A DNA stretch of 56,343 nucleotides from a virus (Duplodnaviria; Caudoviricetes). How positions within the stretch are numbered: position 1 is the stretch's first letter; the number at the start of each line of letters is the position of its first letter. The stretch is taken from positions 1 to 56,343 of the IMG/VR virus record IMGVR_UViG_3300029448_000046. One strand, written 5' to 3'. Both the position numbers and the translations under genes were made by a program. Positions 1 to 9,508 of the stretch are shown here, piece after piece. A model generated the notes under the pieces. That model saw nothing but the letters and a program-made list of their open reading frames with translations. It did no database searches and was not told the origin of the DNA.

Positions 1-2
1 TT

Positions 3-119
3 AACGCAACCATTGATGGCACTGAAATGTCAGTACCACTTGACCCAGCCAATCGCCACTACGCAGAAATCATGCGTCAGGTAGACGCTGGCGATTTGAC
101 TATAGCCGATGCTGAGTGA
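3..119 (+). CDS. 3' end of small tail-associated protein (partial)
   Basis: Hand translation of frame 3: NATIDGTEMSVPLDPANRHYAEIMRQVDAGDLTIADAE*, resembling the 'PLDPAN.DY' small proteins of marine phage tail clusters. Confidence 0.7.
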   Translation, partial: NATIDGTEMSVPLDPANRHYAEIMRQVDAGDLTIADAE

Positions 120-531
120 GTCCCCTCTTTCCTTCAACCAGATTGGTGACGCTGGCATTATTGTTGACACGCCAACATCAACTCAAACATTCTCTTTCAC
201 CCAGACATCTATCCTGTCTAAGTTCTACATTGGCGTTTCAAGTCAGTCTTTTGCATTTACAAAAACATCCAGCGGTCTTCGTGGTAAAATTGGCACGTCT
301 AGTCAAAGCTTTAATTTAACTCAAAGTTCTATTGGTAGTAGAATACAGCAACAATCACCGACATTGGAATGGGGCTTTACGCGGACCACTCAGGGCGACA
401 GGCTTTGGGAGATTTTTTCTAAAGGTGGCTCAAGTGAAAGTTGGTCTTCTTTAAATGTCACTTCATCTGAGGAAGTTTGGTCAGACTTAAATACATCATC
501 GACCAGCGAGAACTGGACTAAGCTTAGATAG
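109..531 (+). CDS. putative virion/tail protein, Ser/Thr-rich
   Basis: 140-aa ORF overlapping the upstream stop; repeated SQSF.FT(Q/K)(T/S)S units; tail cluster context. Confidence 0.6.
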   Translation: MLSESPLSFNQIGDAGIIVDTPTSTQTFSFTQTSILSKFYIGVSSQSFAFTKTSSGLRGKIGTSSQSFNLTQSSIGSRIQQQSPTLEWGFTRTTQGDRLWEIFSKGGSSESWSSLNVTSSEEVWSDLNTSSTSENWTKLR

Positions 532-577
532 GTCAGCACCACCACATACGCATATGTTATGTTAACTAAAGATTACT

Positions 578-603
578 AACCCTGCTTCTAGCGGGGTTTT
601 TTT
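578..603 (+). terminator. intrinsic terminator-like hairpin
   Basis: AACCCTGC-TTCTA-GCGGGGTT followed by a T run. Confidence 0.7.
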
Positions 604-614
604 ACGAGGTATCA

Positions 615-1865
615 ATGGCAAGTACTTACTCAACTAACACAGGTATTGAACTTCAGGGTTCAGGCGAAAACGCTAATACTTGGGGTGATATTACAAACAC
701 AAACTTTACAATAATTGACCGCGCTCTAAATGGTGTTGGAGCCATTACACTATCTGGAACCACGCATACATTAACAACAAGTGATGGCTCGTTGTCTGAT
801 GGCCAGTATGCTGTTCTGGTTTTTGGTGGCTCTCCATCTGGGACGAATACGGTGACAATCTCACCAAACGACCAAGATAAACTTTATCACATACAGAACT
901 CCACGAACCAATCTATTATCCTAAAGCAAGGAAGCGGAGCAACTATTACAGTTGCCGCAGGTCTGAAGAAGATTGTTTATGCGGACGGTGCTGGGTCTGG
1001 TGCGGCTGTTGTTGACCTTACATCAAATCTTGATTTAGGCGACATCACTGCAACAAGCCTAGATATAAGCGGTTCAGTGGACATTGACGGAACTCTGGAA
1101 ACAGACGCATTGTCAATTGCAAGCACGACAGTCACAGCTACAGCCGCTGAATTAAACAAACTGGATGCATGTACAGCAACAACTGCTGAATTAAACTACC
1201 TTGACCTGACAACTTTGGGAACAAGTGAAGCCAGTAAGGTTGTGTCTGCTGACGCAAGTGGAGACATAACAATAGCTGGAGCCAGCTATAATGCAGTTTG
1301 GGACAAGTCAGCAAATGCTCTTGAGTTTGCAGACAATGCAAAGGCCGTGTTTGGAACTGGCTCAGACATGGAGTTGTCTCACGACGCTTCTCACTCTTAC
1401 ATCAAAAATACCACTGGAAGTTTGAAAATCCAGACAGGACAGCTTGATGTTTTAGGTGGGAGTGATGGTGGAGAAACAATGGCGACGTTTGTCGATAATG
1501 GTGCTGTGTCTCTCTACTATGACAATTCTGTTCGGTTGGCAACCACAAGCGCAGGTGCATCTTTGACGGGAGCGTTTACTGCGTCAGGAGACATCACCGC
1601 TTTCTCTGACGAAAGGTTAAAGACAAATATAAAAACAATCCCAGCCGCCCTTTCAACGGTCCAGAAAATGAGGGGTGTTACATTCACAAAGGACAACATG
1701 AATTCATCTGGCGTTATAGCTCAAGAGCTTGAGAAGGTTGCGCCAGAACTCGTTCACAGTAATGAGATTTATAAATCTGTAGCCTACGGAAACTTGGTGG
1801 GATATCTGATTGAAGCTGTCAAGGAGCTGTCTGAAAAAGTCGAGGCTTTAGAACATGGCATTTGA
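615..1865 (+). CDS. tail fibre with C-terminal intramolecular chaperone (peptidase S74-like)
   Basis: N-terminal 'MASTYS..GENANTWGDITN.N' anchor; C-terminal SDERLKTNI...GVIAQELEKVAPELV...LIEAVKELS; SD GAGG. Confidence 0.85.
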   Translation: MASTYSTNTGIELQGSGENANTWGDITNTNFTIIDRALNGVGAITLSGTTHTLTTSDGSLSDGQYAVLVFGGSPSGTNTVTISPNDQDKLYHIQNSTNQSIILKQGSGATITVAAGLKKIVYADGAGSGAAVVDLTSNLDLGDITATSLDISGSVDIDGTLETDALSIASTTVTATAAELNKLDACTATTAELNYLDLTTLGTSEASKVVSADASGDITIAGASYNAVWDKSANALEFADNAKAVFGTGSDMELSHDASHSYIKNTTGSLKIQTGQLDVLGGSDGGETMATFVDNGAVSLYYDNSVRLATTSAGASLTGAFTASGDITAFSDERLKTNIKTIPAALSTVQKMRGVTFTKDNMNSSGVIAQELEKVAPELVHSNEIYKSVAYGNLVGYLIEAVKELSEKVEALEHGI

Positions 1866-2565
1866 GTCTGGTGCAATTTCGTTTTCCGCCCTTCAAACAT
1901 TTTTTGGTGGGAGTAATCCAATATCGATAAGTGAATATTATCGTGGGGGTGATAATGTTCCCAGCACCAAAACAGAAATCACGACATATAATTCTGGAAC
2001 ATTAGGCAGTAATTTTGGAAGTGGAAGACCTCAAGACCAGAATAGTTGGTTCGCTGGCACGTCAGCTACTTTTCCCGGCGGCACTGCCACTGGCGGCGGA
2101 CAAGTTTGGGTGATTATAGGTTCAGATTTTAGTACTCCATTTAGTAATCTACCCGCAGTGGGGACCGTTGGCAGTAATGTAAGTGTGTCAGGCGGAAGCT
2201 CATCTACAACAGGTTCAACCGAGGCAAAGGTGTGGAGGCAGGATAGTGCCAACCACCGAAGGATTGTTATTATTAATCAGCTAAACAACCCGACAGACGT
2301 AACTTCATTTTCTATGACAAGCAGTGATGTCACATGGACATTTTCCTACGTTGGAACAGACTTTGGTCAAATCATAGCCCCCAATACAATAAGTCCAGAT
2401 GGTGGCACTATATCTATTGGCTCTGGCTCCGGTGGATATAATAACTGGGGGGGCAGAAGCTTTTCATACTCGAAGGCAACTTCATCAACAGCAGATGGTA
2501 ACACAGGTGTTCCGGCCTCTGGAGAGGTTCAGTTAAGTGATTATCGAAATGCGGACGCAGGGTAG
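1855..2565 (+). CDS. tail fibre-associated protein
   Basis: SGAISFS.LQ.FFGG.NPISISEYYRGG start and VPASGEVQLSDY end typical of fibre-tip partners; Gly/Ser-rich variable middle. Confidence 0.7.
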   Translation: MAFESGAISFSALQTFFGGSNPISISEYYRGGDNVPSTKTEITTYNSGTLGSNFGSGRPQDQNSWFAGTSATFPGGTATGGGQVWVIIGSDFSTPFSNLPAVGTVGSNVSVSGGSSSTTGSTEAKVWRQDSANHRRIVIINQLNNPTDVTSFSMTSSDVTWTFSYVGTDFGQIIAPNTISPDGGTISIGSGSGGYNNWGGRSFSYSKATSSTADGNTGVPASGEVQLSDYRNADAG

Positions 2566-2574
2566 GAAATCAAA

Positions 2575-4347
2575 GTGGCACTTGCAACTTTAAAATTCGC
2601 TTCAGGTGTTGTTAAAGACGACAGCTCTTACAGTTCAGAAGGACGCTGGGTTGACAGCGACAAGATACGGTTTTGGCAAGGTAAGCCAGAAAAGCTAAAG
2701 GGCTGGCAGAAGATAAACAACACAGCATTCAACGGTGTTTGCAGAGGATTAATTCAATGGCGCGATAATTCGGACAATGCACTAATCGCTCTTGGAACTC
2801 ATACACATTTATACATTTTAAAGGGCGGTGTATTAACTGACATTACACCAGTTCGAGAAGCAGGAAATCTAGTCAATAAATTTACATGCACTAATGGCTC
2901 CCCGACAATAACGGTAGCTGATAACGCTCATGGAATGGAGACTGGGACAAGAATAATTTTAGGTTCTGCAAGTTTTAATGGTGTAACTATTGCCGCTGAC
3001 TCAGAGTTTACAATCACTGATACTGGGTCTAACAGCTTCACGTTCACTGCCCCCGTCAACGCAACTTCGGACGGGTCGAGTGTCGGGGGAACGGTTGCAT
3101 ACAAATACCTACTAAATCCAGGTGACCAAAGTTCTGTATTTGACTTCGGCTGGGGGACTGGAGTTTGGGACAGCTCTGGTACTTGGAACACCCCTTCATC
3201 TGGAGATGGCATAGAGGTTGATGCTAGGACTTGGCAGTTTGATACATTTGGTGAGGACTTAATTGCGGCGGTTAAGGGTCAACCACTTATTCAGTGGGAT
3301 GCCTCGGCTGGTGTTGCAACGCGAGCTGTGTTTATAAACGACACAACTACCTCAGATAGCGCGTGTCCAAACACAGTGACTGGAGTTGTGTCTTCTAGTC
3401 CCGACCGACATCTTGTTGCGCTTGGTGCTGATGACCCCATGACAGTTCAATTTGCATCTCAAGAAACTACGAATACATGGACGGCGGCGGCAACAAACAC
3501 TGCTGGTTCGCAGAAGCTGACAGGTGGCTCCAAAATTATTGGTGCAAAAAGAACCCGTGGACAGATTTTGATTTGGACTGACACAACACTTCATTCGATG
3601 ACATTTAGAGGTCCACCTTATACTTTTGGATTTAGAGAACTGGCAACTGGTTCTGGACTTGTTGGTCCTAACGCAGTCGTTGAGGTCGGTGGCGTCGTTT
3701 ACTGGATGGGTATCAATCAGTTCTTTCGATTTGATGGTTCAGTGAAACCTTTGATAGGGCCTGTATCAAACCATGTCTTTTCAAATTTCAATACAGTTCA
3801 GTCAGAAAAAGTGGTGGCTGGGCTTAACAAAGAACACAGCGAGATATTTTTCTTTTATCCATCTTCATCATCCACGGAGAATAATCAGTATGCCAAGTAT
3901 AATTTTCGCGAGAACGTGTGGGACATCGGAACGATGGACAGGACGGCTTGGACCGACGCATCTACCTTCCCGAACAACATCGGAGCTTCATCCAGCGGAT
4001 ATTTATATAATCACGAAATTGGTGAAAATGATGACGGTGCGCCTATGTTATCTTTTATTACAAGCGCGGACATGGATATTGGAGATGGTCAAGAGGTAAT
4101 GTTTATTGACCGAGCGTTGCCTGACTTAACTGTCACAGGCGAAGCAAACATTACATTTAAAACCAGAAAAGATGCGATGGGTTCGTTTACAGAGAAAGGA
4201 CCATTTGAAGTGACGCCGACTACCTCAAAGATAAATCCCCGTGTTCGAGGCCGTCAGCTAGCTATAAAGGTTTCCTCAAATACATCTAACGCCGCTTGGC
4301 GGCTCGGTAACACAAGGGTTGATATGAAGAAAGATGGTGAGAGATGA
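2575..4347 (+). CDS. tail nozzle / DNA stabilisation protein (P22 gp10 / T7 gp12-like)
   Basis: 590 aa, beta-propeller-like with 'W.DSDKIRF..GKPEK..GW' start and 'WRLG..R.D...DG.R' end; precedes the internal virion genes. Confidence 0.7.
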   Translation: MALATLKFASGVVKDDSSYSSEGRWVDSDKIRFWQGKPEKLKGWQKINNTAFNGVCRGLIQWRDNSDNALIALGTHTHLYILKGGVLTDITPVREAGNLVNKFTCTNGSPTITVADNAHGMETGTRIILGSASFNGVTIAADSEFTITDTGSNSFTFTAPVNATSDGSSVGGTVAYKYLLNPGDQSSVFDFGWGTGVWDSSGTWNTPSSGDGIEVDARTWQFDTFGEDLIAAVKGQPLIQWDASAGVATRAVFINDTTTSDSACPNTVTGVVSSSPDRHLVALGADDPMTVQFASQETTNTWTAAATNTAGSQKLTGGSKIIGAKRTRGQILIWTDTTLHSMTFRGPPYTFGFRELATGSGLVGPNAVVEVGGVVYWMGINQFFRFDGSVKPLIGPVSNHVFSNFNTVQSEKVVAGLNKEHSEIFFFYPSSSSTENNQYAKYNFRENVWDIGTMDRTAWTDASTFPNNIGASSSGYLYNHEIGENDDGAPMLSFITSADMDIGDGQEVMFIDRALPDLTVTGEANITFKTRKDAMGSFTEKGPFEVTPTTSKINPRVRGRQLAIKVSSNTSNAAWRLGNTRVDMKKDGER

Positions 4348-4604
4348 GCGCACCCATTCGGCCAACCCTTCCTAGACCACAAGGTGATATGGAAGAGTGG
4401 GCTTCTCTTTTGGTAGACGAGCTTGAAAATGAATTTGAGAGAATTAGTCAGGCCGCAAATACCGCTGACCCTAATGATAGCTTTGCGCCGACAAACTTTA
4501 CTCAGACTAAAGCCTTAAACGCTGGCACAGCAAACACTGCCACCGTAGCCAATGTATTGGCGACGTTGATTGAAGCCCTCAGAAACAAAGGATTGTTAGC
4601 GTAA
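4344..4604 (+). CDS. small virion protein
   Basis: ATGA overlap; C-terminal 'VLATLIEALRNKGLL'. Confidence 0.6.
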   Translation: MSAPIRPTLPRPQGDMEEWASLLVDELENEFERISQAANTADPNDSFAPTNFTQTKALNAGTANTATVANVLATLIEALRNKGLLA

Positions 4605-5728
4605 TGTGTGTAAGAAATTCAGAGCCTACTAATATGAGAATGGGTGGACCTTCTGACATTATGACAGTGGAGGAGTTTTACGGTGGACCTAGCGATAGCG
4701 ACAATAATCAAAGTGACAACAACACTAACACTAGTAACCAAAACGATATTCCAAACTATCAGTCTAGACCCCCAGCCGCTACTGACGACATGGGTAGCTA
4801 TGACGCAATTTATGGGCGAGGTGATGTCCCTGAAATAATGAACACCTTTGATGAAAGGAACAGGTCTGAATCTAGCCATCCAAATCACGTCCCAAACGCA
4901 CAGAGGGGAATACAAAACTATAACAGATTTATGGATAACAGAGTTAATTCTGTAGGTGCAAAAATTAGTAGGGGCATCAGGGGCATAGGGTCAATGGGGC
5001 CAATGAGCTTGTTTTTTGGTGGTGATAAAAGAAAAGAAGACTCAGTGTCTAGAAGCCAAGATTTGGTAAGTCAAATTATGAACTATAATGAAAGGGAACC
5101 GCAGTCTGTTTTACTAGGTGATGATGGACTTTCCTTTAAAATAACAACCCCTAACGGCGGCACTATCAACATTGGAAAGTCTGGTTTCTCATCGTACTCA
5201 GGTATGCCAGACCCTGACTACACTGGACCACTATCAAATTTAGTAAACCCGCCTGAACAAACAAATGAAGATAGTAACCCTGAAAGCACAAAAACTCCGC
5301 TAGACCCCTGCCCCGACGGTTTTGTGTTTAACAGTGAAACAAACTCCTGTGTTGAGGTTGAGTCTGACAGTGACACTATAGGTTCTTCATTTGTGAGAAA
5401 CACAGAACCCATGCCAACAGACCTTAGTCGATACGGTAGAGATAGCGGTGAGTATAGATTTTTTGATGAAATGCCGGGAATAATTAAAGCTAAAGATGGA
5501 ATACCGCGTGGAAGTCATGGTGAGGTTAAGGGGGTAGGTGGTCCTAAAGATGACCTCAACGGACCATTCATGCTTTCAACTAGTGAATATGTAATGCCAG
5601 CCGAGATGGTGCTGGATGAAGGTAACGGGAGTCACAAAAGAGGTATTGAAGCATTAGAAAAAAAACGCTTCGACGCACTAAGGAGATATCGTGACAGAGT
5701 TAAATCTGAGGAACGCGACAGAGCGTGA
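4604..5728 (+). CDS. putative internal virion protein
   Basis: TAATG coupling; CPDGFVFN..TNSC and G.V.G.GGPKDD...MLS..EYV.PA..V motifs seen in podovirus core proteins. Confidence 0.6.
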   Translation: MCVRNSEPTNMRMGGPSDIMTVEEFYGGPSDSDNNQSDNNTNTSNQNDIPNYQSRPPAATDDMGSYDAIYGRGDVPEIMNTFDERNRSESSHPNHVPNAQRGIQNYNRFMDNRVNSVGAKISRGIRGIGSMGPMSLFFGGDKRKEDSVSRSQDLVSQIMNYNEREPQSVLLGDDGLSFKITTPNGGTINIGKSGFSSYSGMPDPDYTGPLSNLVNPPEQTNEDSNPESTKTPLDPCPDGFVFNSETNSCVEVESDSDTIGSSFVRNTEPMPTDLSRYGRDSGEYRFFDEMPGIIKAKDGIPRGSHGEVKGVGGPKDDLNGPFMLSTSEYVMPAEMVLDEGNGSHKRGIEALEKKRFDALRRYRDRVKSEERDRA

Positions 5729-6152
5729 CGACCCGTTAATATTTAACCTATTGATAGACATGCACCAAGAAAGCGGCATGGGAAACCTCAACCCTGACAA
5801 GGTAAAAAAAGCAATCAGGCACTGTCGATTGCAAGGGTGTATAATAGTTGCAGATATTCAGGGAGTTCCAAAGGCTGTCTTGGGTTTGCGACCTGATAGG
5901 TTTTGGTGGTCTGACGATATAGCTCTCTTTGACCAGTTCACATACGTTGCACCAGAGGCACGCAAAACAAGGGCTATATTCCAAATGATTAATGCGGCGA
6001 AGAGGATGGCTATTGAAGCTGAGATACCTCTACTTATTGGTAATTTTGGCCCAGTCGATACGGAAACAAAATCAAGGCTTTATAAAAGAATGGGTAAAAG
6101 TCTTGGAACAACTGTAATAGCGGGAGACACAGGTAAGTTCTTGTGGAAATAA
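5691..6152 (+). CDS. GNAT-like acetyltransferase in the virion module
   Basis: 'LRNAT..D....F.LL..MH.E' start, 'YVAPEAR' motif A, 'RLYKRMG' motif B. Confidence 0.65.
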   Translation: MTELNLRNATERDDPLIFNLLIDMHQESGMGNLNPDKVKKAIRHCRLQGCIIVADIQGVPKAVLGLRPDRFWWSDDIALFDQFTYVAPEARKTRAIFQMINAAKRMAIEAEIPLLIGNFGPVDTETKSRLYKRMGKSLGTTVIAGDTGKFLWK

Positions 6153-6155
6153 AAT

Positions 6156-7154
6156 ATGGGTTCATTTTGTAAAACAGGAAGTTCGACTTCCACACAAACT
6201 ACTGAGATACCGGACTATATCAAGAAACCTTTGACGGAAAACTTAGATGTAGCGGCAGACCTAGTCAAACAGCCTTATCAGGCATACGAAGGTATTCGTA
6301 TCGAGGACTTTACACCTGAACAGCTTGCGGCATTTGAGCAAATCAAGTCAATGCAAGGTACGGGTCAAGATGATATTGCCGAAGCAATGGCAGGTATAAA
6401 GGGGCTTTCTCCAAGCTCGCCATCAACAGTTACGTCCAAAACTTTTGATTCAGCCGCCGCCAGTCAGTACATGAATCCCTACACTACGAATGTCATGGAT
6501 AAAGCTCGCGAGCGTATGCTTGAGACAGATGAAATTATGGGGCAAAAGAGAGCCGCAAATCAGTTAGCCGCCGGAGCGTTTGGAGATAACTCCCGACGCT
6601 TCATAGAAAACTCTGAAGCTAAGTCTAACCTTGCTGACAGAATTGGAGACATGGAAGCAAAGCAGTTGGCGGCGGCATACAACAATGCACAAAAAGCCTA
6701 CGGTGTCGATGCTGGTATGGATATGAAAGCACAGCAACTAAACCAAGCATCTGGCCTTGCGGCTGACAAATTAAATACCGCGCAAGGATTGGGTGTAGCA
6801 CAGGGAATTGCGGGTCTTGTTGGTGCTGGTCAAGGTCTTAATTATGACCAGACAAATGCGCTTATGCAGGTTGGCGCGGCTGGTCAGCAGATGGGTCAGG
6901 CTGGTTTAGACTTAGCCTATGGAGACTTCCAAAACCAACAGCAATATCCATACGAGCAAGTTGGTTTCATGGCAAACCTATTGCAGGGTGCGCCGATGGG
7001 TAGCGTGACAACTGCAACCAGACCCACGGCTTCACCATTTCAATCAATGGCTGGTTTGGGTCTAGCTGGACTTGGTCTCTACGGACAGATGGGCGGCTTT
7101 AGTCCATATGGATTTGGAAATATTAACCCGCAGACTGGAGCGGCATACACATGA
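6156..7154 (+). CDS. internal virion / ejection protein
   Basis: Ala/Gln/Gly-rich, YMNPY and AGAFG..R motifs, hydrophobic GL-rich C-terminus. Confidence 0.75.
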   Translation: MGSFCKTGSSTSTQTTEIPDYIKKPLTENLDVAADLVKQPYQAYEGIRIEDFTPEQLAAFEQIKSMQGTGQDDIAEAMAGIKGLSPSSPSTVTSKTFDSAAASQYMNPYTTNVMDKARERMLETDEIMGQKRAANQLAAGAFGDNSRRFIENSEAKSNLADRIGDMEAKQLAAAYNNAQKAYGVDAGMDMKAQQLNQASGLAADKLNTAQGLGVAQGIAGLVGAGQGLNYDQTNALMQVGAAGQQMGQAGLDLAYGDFQNQQQYPYEQVGFMANLLQGAPMGSVTTATRPTASPFQSMAGLGLAGLGLYGQMGGFSPYGFGNINPQTGAAYT

Positions 7155-9505
7155 TAAATCCAGCACAATACAACAGAGTATTAAGTCAGGCTACAGACGA
7201 GCAGTTAATGAACATGCTTAGACGACCTGACAAAATACCATCACAGTTTATCGTTGCTGAAATCAACCGCCGACAGTCCATGAGACAAGCTTCAAAAGCT
7301 CAACAGGCTGGTATGGCAGAGCAAATGGCAACAAATCCACAGCCTCAAATGGCGCAGTTGCCTGAAGCAATGCAATCCCCATCACAAATTAAACCAACAG
7401 GTTTGTTCAGAGGAGGCCCGTCCAGAGTCCCGACTATGACGCTTGGCGAAAGAAATATGAACCCCTTAAACATAAGACCTAATGACCAGTTTTTTGGTAG
7501 CACAGGTCAAAACCAAGGTTACGCAACCTTTGTGGCTCCGCTAGCTGGTCTTCGTGCTGGTTCTGTCTTGTTGGACACGTATGCAAACGAGTATGGAATT
7601 GATAATGTTGACTCTTTGATAGATAGGTTTGCACCAGCGGGAGATAATGCATCAGACTCAAGAACAAATTACAAAAGCTTTGTAGCTGATGCACTAGGTG
7701 TAGGCGTCAATGACAATATCGACCTAACAGACGACGCGACCAAGGCGACGGTTCTTGATGCTCAGATTAAATTTGAAAACAACGGAAAGAATAACTACTC
7801 ATCTTTGATACCTCAAGCAATCAAGCTTTCAAAAGACAAAACTAATAATCCGTTTAAAAATAATAACAGCGGTATTACTAATGCATCCTTTTCTTCTCCG
7901 TTTGCATCCCCCGGAGTAAGCGCGGCCAACCAAACTTCAAATATTATGCAGACAATAGATAATCTGTTTGCATCTGGTGACCGAGCCAGTCTTGAAAAGC
8001 TAGCAACTGACAAATCTGTGCCGTCAACGCATGGAACAGCGGCACAAATGTACGCTCGCAGGAAGCTTGGGCAGTTGACTGTGCAGTCAAACAACCCTAC
8101 TAAGCCGCCGCCGACAGATGATGACAACACTGACACCTCCGCTATTGCCGCACTTCGTAGTCAGGTTCGCCGCGACATGGATACAAACAGGTCCAGACTC
8201 AGCACTCCGATGGGTGGTGGGACAGATGACATGGGTTCGGCAGATGCTATTTATGGTAAAATGGGAGAGCCTAAAGATAAAAGTATTTTCAAAGCCATAC
8301 GAAATCAAATAGATGTTGACCGGAGTGGTGGTATAGAAAGGTTAGCAGATAAAAAAACAACTAGACCATCAACTCCATACACTGGCGGTGATGACAACCC
8401 TGAAGATAGTTTTTTACTTGGGACAGAAGCCCAGTCTAGTACGACGCCATACGCTGACCTAAAAAGAGATTTAAAGAAATTTTTTGGGGGAAATGTAGGG
8501 GATATGCCGCCTGTAAAAGCTAGTATTGACGACTATAAGTTAAACCAGCCCAGACCAGCCGACACAAGCCCCGAAAAATTATTTTCTCAAACACGTTCAA
8601 AACCAAATAAAGCCGCCATAACCACTGCTGATAGACAGTTGCTTGAAAGAGAAGTGCCGAATGATGAAATAGCAAATACTATTGTGAAGGAAACAAACTC
8701 ATCTGGAACGTCCGCTAAAACATCATTTAACAAGATAGCAAACAATCTCAAAGCAAGTGCTACAAGCAACAGCGAGATAAGTGCGCTTAATTATAATCAG
8801 ATTATGGATTTGCCACTTATAAAAAATATGGGCGAGGCAAACCAAGCTATCGTTGATGAGTATAATAAAGGAACTGCTGACCTAGTTGAAAAACGTAAAG
8901 ACCTAATGTCACTTCTGGACTCGCAACGCCGAACTCCACAGAACATGATGTTTAAATCTTTGATAGACTTTGGACTAGAGCTTGCGGCATCGCCGGAGAC
9001 TAACTTCCTGACGGCAGTTGCAAAAGCGGGACAAAAAGGAATTTCATCTTTTGATAATTTAGCAACGCAAGACAAGAAGCAATTGTTCCAAAAATACAAA
9101 ATGGCATACGACATAGCTAGCGATGAAATGGGCCATAAGATGAAGGGTCGAGAGTTAGCGACTAAACTAAATAGTCAACTACTTACTGTTGCAGACACAC
9201 TGTCAAACATTGGATACCGAAGCCAAATGGGGCAAGCGGCAGTGGCAAGGGCAACGAACGTAAAGCAACCAAACTTTAACACTCTTATTGCGGCGGACAT
9301 GAAGCAGTACGAACCACAGTTAGAACAAGCGGCAATGGATGAACAGGCAAGAAAAGACCTTGCGCGTGAGCTTGGCTTAAAGCCCGACGCGACGATGGAA
9401 ATGATACGGTCTAAAATTTTCAATAATTCCACAAACAGAGTGCGGTCAGGGATGGGCGGTACAGTGTATAGCACTGACGAGCTAATCAATACGGCAGGGA
9501 TGTAA
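7151..9505 (+). CDS. internal virion protein with putative muralytic domain
   Basis: RNMNPLNIR...GYATF....AGLRA...LL..Y...IDRFAP..DN...Y resembles the RNNNPGNIR lysozyme-like virion domain. Confidence 0.7.
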   Translation: MINPAQYNRVLSQATDEQLMNMLRRPDKIPSQFIVAEINRRQSMRQASKAQQAGMAEQMATNPQPQMAQLPEAMQSPSQIKPTGLFRGGPSRVPTMTLGERNMNPLNIRPNDQFFGSTGQNQGYATFVAPLAGLRAGSVLLDTYANEYGIDNVDSLIDRFAPAGDNASDSRTNYKSFVADALGVGVNDNIDLTDDATKATVLDAQIKFENNGKNNYSSLIPQAIKLSKDKTNNPFKNNNSGITNASFSSPFASPGVSAANQTSNIMQTIDNLFASGDRASLEKLATDKSVPSTHGTAAQMYARRKLGQLTVQSNNPTKPPPTDDDNTDTSAIAALRSQVRRDMDTNRSRLSTPMGGGTDDMGSADAIYGKMGEPKDKSIFKAIRNQIDVDRSGGIERLADKKTTRPSTPYTGGDDNPEDSFLLGTEAQSSTTPYADLKRDLKKFFGGNVGDMPPVKASIDDYKLNQPRPADTSPEKLFSQTRSKPNKAAITTADRQLLEREVPNDEIANTIVKETNSSGTSAKTSFNKIANNLKASATSNSEISALNYNQIMDLPLIKNMGEANQAIVDEYNKGTADLVEKRKDLMSLLDSQRRTPQNMMFKSLIDFGLELAASPETNFLTAVAKAGQKGISSFDNLATQDKKQLFQKYKMAYDIASDEMGHKMKGRELATKLNSQLLTVADTLSNIGYRSQMGQAAVARATNVKQPNFNTLIAADMKQYEPQLEQAAMDEQARKDLARELGLKPDATMEMIRSKIFNNSTNRVRSGMGGTVYSTDELINTAGM

Positions 9506-9508
9506 CAA

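Noticed and set aside
615-2565. Diversity-generating retroelement target
   Set aside because: No reverse transcriptase and no template/variable repeat pair was seen
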